Source of the DNA: Pseudobacteriovorax sp.
GTDB taxonomy: Bacteria > Bdellovibrionota_B > Oligoflexia > Oligoflexales > Oligoflexaceae
DNA: 11,792 bases
Direction of reading: 5' to 3'
Assembly (NCBI GenBank): GCA_050293845.1
Contig: JBNKNM010000179.1
Coordinates: 1-11,792 of the forward strand
This document shows, piece by piece, positions 1 through 7,985 of this stretch. Every line of letters begins with the position of its first letter. Within the stretch, counting starts at the first letter, position 1. Position numbers and translations under genes: made by a program. The notes beneath the pieces are model-generated. The model was not told where the DNA came from and ran no database searches. It saw only the letters and a program-made list of their open reading frames with translations.

Positions 1-41
1 TATTTTCTAGATTGTTTTCGCAAATTCAAGGAATTAATAAG

Positions 42-1262
42 TCAAAAATCCAAATTTGTTTTCTGGACGTCTATAGCAACATCCTCATAATTTTCCCCTG
101 ATACAGTTATTTCACCAAAATAATCTGAGTTGGTTGCCGTAATACCAGCAGACATTGGACTCTTCGTTATTTTTATGTCAACATTCGCATCCCATTTTTC
201 ATGCGCAATAAATTTTTCAAAATAACTATTGTATGGCAATGGTTTGTGCAAACCTAACATACGATTCATTGCAATTTTGCTGTTGGTGATGGGGTTTTTA
301 GTATCTACTGGCAGATCTAGATATGCCCTACAGGCAAGCCTTGCCATATGCTTTTCATATGCAATAAAATAAAGTCCAGGAATATTAGCGCCCGGGAGTC
401 TAGGATTTAAATCTATCAGAAAAGCAGAGTCTTTATTTACAATAAACTCTGCGTGGAAAAACCCTCTTTCCATCCCTGAACTCGTACTCAAGTATTCTAG
501 TATATTTTTCATTAACTTTTTTGCCACATTTGAAATAGGAGCAGGAACAGTACTACCGACCTCAACAACTTCGTTGTGAATCGATCTTTCCCTAAAACTG
601 TAACATAAAATTTTTAGCTATCTTTTAACTATCAATGCTTCGCAAGAAACCAGATTTCCTTCCTTAAATTCTTCAATCACATACTCATTCGCAACTAAAT
701 CCGAAGACAGCGACTTGAAAGTTTCCTTAAACGAGATAATTTCATCTAGTGAGTTAATTTTTTTCACATTGATACTGCATGCCCCCACTACCGGTTTTAC
801 TATTACTGGAAAGTTCAAATTTTCAATTTTTACATTGGAACTAAAAACCATAGATTTGATAAATGGGAACCCTGCTCTGCAGAGATTATTTTGAATTAGA
901 TATTTGTTTTTAAGTAACTTTATGCTATCAAATCCGGTAAATCTGATTCCCTCATCCCTACAAATTTTTGCAAACGGTTCTATTATATAGGTTAAAGTTG
1001 TTATACCATAGTCGAATTGATATTTTTGATGAAGACTATTAATTTCAGAGGACAGGAAACTATATTGGAGACCATTTTCAATCCAATGATAGCTGTCGAC
1101 ACTATTTTTGATCTGCTGCTCGTAGTGATTTGTGGAAAGCTTATTTTCAAAGTCCAGGAAATGAATATCGAACCCGAAAGACTTTATTTCATCGATCATT
1201 TCAATCAATGCGTCATAATTATTAGTTCCACAAATGAGTACTTTCATCATCTTACCACCCAT
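42..1262 (-). pseudogene. ATP-grasp ligase (L-amino-acid-ligase-like, about 400 aa) interrupted by one in-frame TAG at 618-620
   Basis: ORFs 618..1262 and 42..527 are in the same frame (620-527=93). The gap translates open: ...EALIVKR*LKILCYSFRERSIHNEVVEVGSTVPAPISNVAKK... ATP-grasp motifs fall on both sides: FPVIVKPVVGACSINV and YVIEEFKEGNLVSCE before the stop; GFFHAEF..LIDLNPRLPG and C-terminal NSDYFGEITVSGEN after it. The real start is probably ATG 1250 or 1247, downstream of a GGTGG SD-like motif. Confidence 0.85.
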
Positions 1263-1670
1263 TCCTTTAATTTAATTTTGCTAACCTTTAAATTGGGACT
1301 AGTCTCGTTTATAAAAGGAAAATATACATATCTACAAATGATATTTAAGTACGAAAACTTCTATATCTTAGAAGAAAAAACATCCTAGAAGGCAACCAGA
1401 GTATGGAATCCTTACCTACCTTGATATGCTACGGTTTGTAAGGCTACCAAGCCTGGCATCCTGTGTTTTTTGAGTCCCTTAAAAATATGGGATATTTTAA
1501 ATTTTTCCCGATCCAGGATGCTAGTAAATTCTCCTATATGACAATAGAGATAATAGTAACCATCGGCGATAATTTGATCGCTTTTACGATGATCAGTTTA
1601 TTCCTATAATTTTATCATGTTATATCATTTAATACTGGTGTAGTAAATATTACAGACGAGGAATATTTCA

Positions 1671-2015
1671 TTGCGCTTCAAACTAAACAGTGTTCTAAAA
1701 ATACTGAGCGTTTGGCACTATGCAGCTGGTGCTGATTCAAGACTGATAATCGACTGCTGTGTAACTCCAGAAAATATCACAGATAACCTTGTTACACAGG
1801 AGTAATTTGCGTCTATGCTTGATAAAGGTATTCCAGTAAAGGAAGTCATTGCCGCCCGTATGTATGGAACTGGTAAGCTGTATGCATTTTTTGATGAAAA
1901 AAGCATCATAACCTGTATCCCATTCAAAAAGGAATCTATCGGAACAGGAAAATATCGGAACGATGGTTTGAAATACGACGAGAACGAGATGTATTCGTGT
2001 GTTAGATTTCTCTGA
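1671..2015 (+). mobile_element. Degenerate internal fragment of an IS1182-like DDE transposase (IS remnant)
   Basis: Extending ORF 1815..2015 upstream through an in-frame TAA (1803-1805) gives HYAAGADSRLIIDCCVTPENITDNLVTQE*FASMLDKGIPVKEVIAARMYGTGKLYAFFDEKSIITCIPFKKESIGTGKYRNDGLKYDENEMYSC. This follows the IS1182-type pattern H.A.D.DSR.I....VT..N..D....EV.AD.GYG....Y.......I...IP....F.YD.E...Y.CP. Recognised by eye, not by search. Confidence 0.72.
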
Positions 2016-2155
2016 ACGGAGAGTTTCTTACGTATTTTTCTGAACGGAGTGCTCCGTTCAGAAAAATAGATTCCAGTAGTTTCCAGTGACATTGAGTGGT
2101 TGCTGCTGACTTATATGGATAGAGCTTCGTAAGAAATTCTCCGTTCAGAGAAATA
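2005..2155. repeat. Nested inverted-repeat element with four copies of the 17-mer TATTTYTCTGAACGGAG
   Basis: Copies at 2005-2021 (+, first base G), 2033-2049 (+), 2052-2068 (-) and 2139-2155 (-). Outer arms 2006-2032 and 2128-2154 form a 27-bp inverted repeat with 1 mismatch. Inner arms are a perfect 17-bp inverted repeat separated by TG. Confidence 0.92.
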
Positions 2156-2225
2156 GAGAAATATCAGCTGATTATGTTCTATATGGGGAGGTAGCGGGTG
2201 GACTTAAATATCATTGAGAGCTAAT

Positions 2226-2243
2226 GGGTGCAAAAGAGCACCC
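2226..2243 (-). terminator. Possible terminator hairpin downstream of the DUF285 gene
   Basis: GGGTGC-AAAAGA-GCACCC, a 6-bp GC-rich stem 26 nt past the stop at 2270. There is no good U-tract. Confidence 0.3.
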
Positions 2244-2269
2244 GCATCCAAGTAAAATCTAGTAAAACC

Positions 2270-2827
2270 TCACTCTTTATACCAAGTAGGAGGTGAGGTC
2301 TCCAGTCCTGATGCATAGAACATGTCAAACATGGTTGCGTTTGGATTTATAGTCCACGAATTCAAATCTTGATTAAATGCCTCAGCATAAGAGAATGCTT
2401 TGTCCATGTCAGTTACGTTAGACACATTCCACTTATCGAGTGGCTGATTGAAGGCGCTTGCACTATCGAAAATTAGAAGCATACTTGTAACTTTCGACAC
2501 ATCCCAAGAGTTCAGCGGTTGATTGAAGGAGCTTGCAAATTGAAAGAGGTATCGCATGTCAGTAACTTGGCTGACATCCCAAGAGTTCAGCGGTTGATTA
2601 AAGGAACTTGCTTTGTAAAAAAGAGAAAACATTGAGGTGATTTTGGACACATTCCACCGACTGATATCCTGATTAAAGTTTGTGGCATTTTCAAACATGT
2701 AAAGCATTGCCGTGACATTAGACACATCCCAGCCACCAATATCCTGGTTAAAACTTGAGGCCTTTGAAAACATTCCGGTCGTAATTGTTACATGAGATAC
2801 ATCCCAGCCACCAATATCCTGGCACAT
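2270..2827 (-). pseudogene. DUF285 / BspA-like surface repeat protein, probably 5'-truncated
   Basis: Six full and one terminal 25-aa repeats of type FNQ(D/P)(I/L)..W(D/N)VS.VT.M..MF..A.S, giving a 75-nt DNA period. The ORF starts mid-repeat (MC-QDIGGW), is directly preceded by an in-frame TGA, and has no signal peptide or clear SD. Confidence 0.85.
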
Positions 2828-2926
2828 TCAGGAGTGATGTCTTCGGGTCCCCTATGATCCCAAAATGCAAAGGGACCTACAGTTTTCCGGCAAATGACAG
2901 GGAACGCCCTACGGACCTTAAAATTA

Positions 2927-2965
2927 TTACCGAGATCCTTTTTTCGACTGCAGAGCTTTTGCCAT
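2927..2965 (-). CDS. 12-aa small ORF MAKALQSKKGSR, translationally coupled to kef (micropeptide or stump of a lost gene)
   Basis: The minus strand reads TAAGGAGGAGATAACC-ATG, so the SD overlaps the kef TAA stop. The ORF ends in TAA TAA. Confidence 0.4.
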   Translation of the reverse strand: MAKALQSKKGSR

Positions 2966-2978
2966 GGTTATCTCCTCC

Positions 2979-4736
2979 TTAATGAGTTTGATCCGCTTTT
3001 AAGATATCTGCTAGTTCTTTTGTTGCCCGGTTCGTGTAAGAAATGAATGTCTTTTCGTCGTTACGGATATGGAACTGCTGCTGGAGTATCTTTTCGTCAT
3101 GTTCTCGGAATAAATTAATTTTTCGATCGATTAGTTCGGGGTTCCGGCCTTTCATAACGAGAATTTCTTTGGCAACTTCAAGGCTAGTTAGATAGGTTTC
3201 ACGATGAATGTGCTCTACATCATGTTCCATGAGTTTAAGAGCATGGAGTCTATTTCTGGCCCGGGCAATGATCTTAAGGTGGCTGAAGTGCTTCTTCGCC
3301 ATAATCACAGTTTCGATGGATTTATCCATATCGTCGATTGCTATCATAAAGTACTGGGCATTCTTGGCTCCTGCTGAGGCTAAAACATCTTCCCGTGAAG
3401 CATCCCCGTAATAGATTTTAATTCCGAACTTTCTAGCAGTTTCCACTTGGGAAGCACTGTGCTCTAAAATGGTATGACGAATCCCCTCGGCAATTAGCAA
3501 TCGAGAAACGATCTGCCCGAATCGACCATAACCAGCAAGAATGACTTCTGGGTCATCTAGCTCAATCTTATCGTAAGGACGCTCAACAAGTTCCGATGAT
3601 ATGCGACGCTTTTGATTCCATGAGAATAAGAAAGGTGATACCGCCATGCTCAATGTTACACTTGCATTTAGGATTCCTATAATTTCTTGGTCGAAAATAC
3701 CTTGGCTGAAGGCTGCACTGAAAAGCACAAAGGCAAATTCTCCACCTTGAGGAAGAGTAAAGGCCATATTTCTTGAGGAGTCTGAGGGATATTTAAATAA
3801 CCTGGCGAGGCCAAAAATAACGATACCTTTAATTAAAACAAATATTACCGCAATCGACAGAATTAAAAGGGGTTTGTTGATTAAGATTTGAAGATCCAGC
3901 GACATTCCTACAGCTATGAAAAATAAACCGAGCAATAAGCCTTTAAAAGGCATAAGGTTGGTTTCAAGTTCATGACGATACTCACTCTCAGCTAGTAATA
4001 CACCAGCGAGAAATGCCCCCATTCCCTTAGAAAGGCCGACCGACTCCATTAGGAGAGCGGTACCTATCACGATAAATAGAGACATAGAGGTGAAGATTTC
4101 CTGAGTCCGGCTATCAGCAATAAAGCGGAGTACATGACGGATTATAAAGCGCCCAACTAAGATGAGGCCAATGATAGCACCAACGACTTTTCCCACTTCC
4201 CATATACCAATAGATTTATCATTGGCACCAGCTAATAGAGTTACTACTGCCATGAGGGGAACTACTGCCAAATCTTGGAACATCAAAATGGAAAAGGAAC
4301 CTTGGCCATGGGTTGTGGCTAGCTGCCGATTTTCTTCTAACAGCTGCACCGAAAAGGCAGTAGATGACAAAGCAAGTCCAAAGCCTGCAACGATTGAAGG
4401 TCCGTCTGATAATCCACACAGCCGAGCGATTCCATAGAAAATGCTGCCGGTAACCATCAGTTGGAGCAGCCCCAAGCCGAAAATGGACTGCCTCATCCGC
4501 CATAGTTTTTTAGGAGCCAGTTCCAAGCCAATAATAAAGAGTAGGAAAACAACACCTAGTTCTGAAAAATGTAAGATAATTTCTGGATCTTGAACGAGCC
4601 CCAAGACATGGGGGCCTATAAGAATGCCAGCAAATAAGTAGGCAAGGATGGCACCAAGATTGAAGTATCTAAACAATGGGACGAAAACAACAGCAGCAGC
4701 AGTGAATAACAATAGGTCTATTAATATTTCATACAT
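2979..4736 (-). CDS. kefC: Glutathione-regulated potassium-efflux protein, CPA2 family (KefB/KefC-like) with C-terminal KTN/RCK domain
   Basis: Hydrophobic N-terminal part of about 375 aa with SELGVVFLLFIIGLEL, LALSSTA, LMFQDLAVVP, SEYRHELETNLMPFKGLLLGLFFIAVGM and LPQGGEFAFVLF. The KTN domain has AGYGRFGQIVSRLL, YYGDA, IIARARN and RET. kefB versus kefC cannot be resolved by eye. Confidence 0.95.
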   Translation of the reverse strand: MYEILIDLLLFTAAAVVFVPLFRYFNLGAILAYLFAGILIGPHVLGLVQDPEIILHFSELGVVFLLFIIGLELAPKKLWRMRQSIFGLGLLQLMVTGSIFYGIARLCGLSDGPSIVAGFGLALSSTAFSVQLLEENRQLATTHGQGSFSILMFQDLAVVPLMAVVTLLAGANDKSIGIWEVGKVVGAIIGLILVGRFIIRHVLRFIADSRTQEIFTSMSLFIVIGTALLMESVGLSKGMGAFLAGVLLAESEYRHELETNLMPFKGLLLGLFFIAVGMSLDLQILINKPLLILSIAVIFVLIKGIVIFGLARLFKYPSDSSRNMAFTLPQGGEFAFVLFSAAFSQGIFDQEIIGILNASVTLSMAVSPFLFSWNQKRRISSELVERPYDKIELDDPEVILAGYGRFGQIVSRLLIAEGIRHTILEHSASQVETARKFGIKIYYGDASREDVLASAGAKNAQYFMIAIDDMDKSIETVIMAKKHFSHLKIIARARNRLHALKLMEHDVEHIHRETYLTSLEVAKEILVMKGRNPELIDRKINLFREHDEKILQQQFHIRNDEKTFISYTNRATKELADILKADQTH

Positions 4737-4818
4737 GATCAGTGCAACTCAGCCAGAGATTAATTTAACCTCTACTTTAAGTGAATTTCGGGAAAGCGTC
4801 TAGGAAAGCTTGCGGGGT

Positions 4819-4839
4819 AAAAGCCCTTGCGGGCCTTTT
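4819..4839 (-). terminator. Rho-independent terminator of the WD40 lipoprotein gene (possibly bidirectional)
   Basis: Minus strand AAAAGGCCC-GCAA-GGGCTTTT: a GC stem with a GNRA tetraloop, followed by a T run on either strand, about 70 nt past the stop at 4912. Confidence 0.7.
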
Positions 4840-4911
4840 ATATTACTGATTAGTTGCATTGTTACAAAGCGTATTGCGCCACCTTGTGCGATTGGGCCAG
4901 AAGGCTTTCTA

Positions 4912-7900
4912 TTAGTCGCAGACGGCTCTATCCTCGGTGCTCAGGTAGCTAGCTTGCTTGAGGTGGGGCCGGATATAATCGCAAAGCTCCTCCACAAAAG
5001 TTTCAATTTGATTAGGAATAAGTGAAATTTTGGTTTGCTCCCCGAGGAGTAAATATTTTTCAGTGTTATGGAAATATTTGGGGTAGGTGATATGCTTGCT
5101 TTTGATGTGGGTTAAAACCTCATTTTGAGATAAGTCGATTTTCTGAAACAGATGATTCCCACCCAGAAAAACCTTTGAACTGCAATCAGCAAACTCAATA
5201 GCACTAATAACAGCAGGAAAGTTGTCAACGTTATTTTGGTAGTTTCCGAGAGTTGCAAAGGATCGATCCATTAATAAAACCTCTCCTCTATTACTCGTAC
5301 TGACTAGAAGCTTATCACCTGAATTGCTTACTCTAAGATTCGCAGTTCCAGAACCCTGTGTAATCAAGCGCTCAATCCCTCTAGTCATTGTGCTAAAGTC
5401 AGTGATGGGAAGATATCTAAGGGAGGTACTTGAACCTTGACCCAAAAGGATGCCATTGCTAAAGAAACGCACCCGAGCCGCTTCTTGATACTGCTGAATG
5501 TCTTCAAAGAAATAGTATTCCTGCTCTGTCATTCTGTCAAAAATTTTTACTTCCCCACCGAGGTTCGCGACCAATATGTATCGGCCTGATTTGTGAATAT
5601 CTAAAGAGTAGAACTGTTTGTCTAAGCCCATTTGCAAGGTTTGGGTGAAAGTTTTAGTTTTGAGATCAAAAATCTTCAATGTTCCATAAGGCCCTGCCAA
5701 TACCGCAAAGGACTCGGATTCACTTTCGTACACATCCAAAAGCTCTGACTGGGTCAGGTACCCAAAGCTTTCGATTGTAAGTTCTCCGACTGGAAATACC
5801 TCTATTGATGAATCATTTAGATTTAAAATATTAAAGTTCAGTGTTTTATCATCCACCCCTAATTCTGTAAAATACACTTTTTCACCATCTTGGGAGATAA
5901 GGGAGGTCAACAATGTTAGAGGCGATACGTACCGATAAGAAGGTCCGCGTTTTGGTAAGTTATATATTAAAATAGAGCCATTTCCATCGAAAGCCAGAAC
6001 CTGATCTGAAGCATCCATGGTGTACATATTGAAACCGACTGGGAACTGATAAATTTTATCTGTATAGTTTCTTGTTTTATCTAAGATGGCAATAGAGTCC
6101 TGTGTCTCATAGAAGATTGAGGATTTATTTATAGATATATCCCTCCTTATCTCGAAATAAGTGAAAGTATTGCCCTCTTTATCGAGAACATGGGTCATAC
6201 CTCGAGCAGTAAAGTAAAGATGGTTGTTTTGAATTTCGAAACTATGTGCTTCAATGGGAACTACCTTTTCTAAAAATTGACTATTCAAGATACGAAATTT
6301 ATGCTTAAGAACATTTCCAGGAATTCTTTCTCCCTGGACCACAACAAAATTGCCTTCATCTACTCTAGTAATTTTTTCACCAGTTTTTATCGAGTTTAAG
6401 ACTTCCGAAATTCCGGTGAGTAGATCTAGCTTGGCATATCCCTGATCTTTTTTCAGGATTATCTCTGTATCAGAGAGTAAAAATGGACGGTCTAAAGTTT
6501 CGAGCTTCAGTTTTGTCTTCGTATTGTGATTCCAATGGAAATACTCTCTTTTTCCGCTGACATCGCTCCCTATAATGGACTGTTCACAATCCTTTGATAT
6601 CTGATAGAAATAGGCATTAGGGTCACCAAAATCTATCCGAGTCTCATTTAGATCGTTAAGATTGAGAATATGGAGTATACCATCCAAAAATTTCACCAAA
6701 CGCCCACTACATTCTTGAAAGTCTTTATATTTTTCGTCTAGTACTTGGGATTGCCTGGATTGAGCGTTCCATGAAAATAACTTCTGTTGATTACTAGGCT
6801 TGTCGAAAGCTGTATAGATAACGCTATTTCGAACAACACCTTTGAGGGTAGCTTTGTCTATTCTGTGGTATACGTGATTACCAATATATGCTTCAGTCAA
6901 AGCTTCCTGCAATACAGCAGATACTAGGGGTTTTTCTTGAGGGGTCAGGGTTTCAGCTAGCTTCACAGCCTTCAGACTCTCAATGGTGGCGGAAAAATCT
7001 TCCGAATTCATTTTATACAACTCAACATTCTGGGCCATCTTTTTGATAAGATCGATTTTATTTATATCGCGGACCTTAACGGCTTGATAATGGATTTCTG
7101 AGCTATTTCCAGCAAGGTCTCTTACCTGGTAGCTAAGTTGATAGTCACCCGAGGGGGGAACCTGTACGATAAAGGATGCGCTTTCCTGCATCTCACAGTC
7201 ACTGCCTGAATTGCTAAAGCAATAGAGTAAGCGGTTGGGCGCTTGACTAGGAGAGGCTTCAAATTCTATCAAGCTACCGGGCTCCTTCACGAAGTTCTCT
7301 GGTCTATTCCCCATAATCGCCACTGTCGAAGCCTCCCGATCCACCACTAACTCGCAGGACTTAAGAGGCAGCTCATCTTCACTACCAAAAAGATTATAGG
7401 TTTTTTGCAGCAGCATCTCCCACTGGTAACGGCCATCCTCTAAGCCGTGGCTTAGTACCGGCACCGATGGAGGCGCTATGACGGTTCCCTCGTGCACCAC
7501 CAATTCCCCCCCGTGGGTGATTTGGTATTTAAAATATAATGAGTGAGGGTCCTGACCATCTAAAGAGATGGGAAATAGAACATCATCCCTATTGGTATAG
7601 ACGCCACTTTCACAGCTTACGGCGGGGGTATGGTCAACAAACTTCTGCAGATAGACCGTCTGAAAGGTTTCTCCCTCTACAGTTAGGTGCTGGCTCTCAC
7701 CATAATTAGGACGGGTGATTAGCACCTCTTGTTGTTCAGCGCCTAATGATAAACACCCTTTGCTACCCACTATCTGGCCAGCTGTGGCGCGCAGTTCCTC
7801 AGAGCGGACCTCCTGCCCAGAAGCAGAGAAAACCTTTACGAGATAAGGATGACTGCTTTCCTCTTGGGCGGATAGACCACATATATAGCTTAATTGAGCC

Positions 7901-7974
7901 ACACTATTGGATATTTTTTTTTGACCACAGGATATGAGAGATATGAATAATAGAAGCTGAAATTCTTTTGACAT
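4912..7974 (-). CDS. Large putative lipoprotein with Ig-like domains and a WD40/beta-propeller region (1020 aa)
   Basis: Signal peptide with lipobox LISC (Cys16). Ig-like motifs LEDGRYQW...ELVVD and GDYQLSYQVRDLAGNSSE. Propeller blades such as LAGPYGTLKIFDL, FYSLDIHKSGRYILVANLGGEVKIFD and LRVSNSGDKLLVSTSNRGEVLLMD. GGAGG SD 6 nt upstream of the ATG. Confidence 0.85.
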   Translation of the reverse strand: MSKEFQLLLFISLISCGQKKISNSVAQLSYICGLSAQEESSHPYLVKVFSASGQEVRSEELRATAGQIVGSKGCLSLGAEQQEVLITRPNYGESQHLTVEGETFQTVYLQKFVDHTPAVSCESGVYTNRDDVLFPISLDGQDPHSLYFKYQITHGGELVVHEGTVIAPPSVPVLSHGLEDGRYQWEMLLQKTYNLFGSEDELPLKSCELVVDREASTVAIMGNRPENFVKEPGSLIEFEASPSQAPNRLLYCFSNSGSDCEMQESASFIVQVPPSGDYQLSYQVRDLAGNSSEIHYQAVKVRDINKIDLIKKMAQNVELYKMNSEDFSATIESLKAVKLAETLTPQEKPLVSAVLQEALTEAYIGNHVYHRIDKATLKGVVRNSVIYTAFDKPSNQQKLFSWNAQSRQSQVLDEKYKDFQECSGRLVKFLDGILHILNLNDLNETRIDFGDPNAYFYQISKDCEQSIIGSDVSGKREYFHWNHNTKTKLKLETLDRPFLLSDTEIILKKDQGYAKLDLLTGISEVLNSIKTGEKITRVDEGNFVVVQGERIPGNVLKHKFRILNSQFLEKVVPIEAHSFEIQNNHLYFTARGMTHVLDKEGNTFTYFEIRRDISINKSSIFYETQDSIAILDKTRNYTDKIYQFPVGFNMYTMDASDQVLAFDGNGSILIYNLPKRGPSYRYVSPLTLLTSLISQDGEKVYFTELGVDDKTLNFNILNLNDSSIEVFPVGELTIESFGYLTQSELLDVYESESESFAVLAGPYGTLKIFDLKTKTFTQTLQMGLDKQFYSLDIHKSGRYILVANLGGEVKIFDRMTEQEYYFFEDIQQYQEAARVRFFSNGILLGQGSSTSLRYLPITDFSTMTRGIERLITQGSGTANLRVSNSGDKLLVSTSNRGEVLLMDRSFATLGNYQNNVDNFPAVISAIEFADCSSKVFLGGNHLFQKIDLSQNEVLTHIKSKHITYPKYFHNTEKYLLLGEQTKISLIPNQIETFVEELCDYIRPHLKQASYLSTEDRAVCD

Positions 7975-7980
7975 GCAAAG

Positions 7981-7985
7981 CCTCC
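7981..7985 (-). promoter_or_regulatory. Shine-Dalgarno (GGAGG) of the WD40 lipoprotein gene
   Basis: Minus strand reads GCGGAGGCTTTGC-ATG. Confidence 0.75.

Noticed and set aside
1017..1388. 123-aa + strand ORF
   Set aside because: Mostly antisense to the ATP-grasp gene, with no recognisable motif; a shadow ORF.
1718..2092. 124-aa - strand ORF
   Set aside because: Antisense to the transposase relic and runs through the repeat element; the + frame carries the recognisable motifs.
2005..2155. CRISPR array or integron attC interpretation of the repeats (GTTAGAT at 2001-2007 fits GTTRRRY)
   Set aside because: Copies are in both orientations with irregular spacing (28 and 87 nt), there is no matching RYYYAAC box, and no cas or integrase gene is in the window.
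2828..2923. Short stems (GGTCCC 2846-2851 / GGGACC 2872-2877; AGGG-AACG-CCCT 2899-2910) as a possible riboswitch near a K+ transporter gene
   Set aside because: They lie downstream of kef rather than in its leader, the stems are short, and I could not match c-di-AMP, c-di-GMP or cobalamin consensus motifs. An Rfam scan would settle it.
2785..5025. Short ORFs 2785..2982, 3208..3411, 4162..4437, 4219..4503 and 4810..5025
   Set aside because: Antisense or out-of-frame overlaps of well-supported genes, with no motifs.
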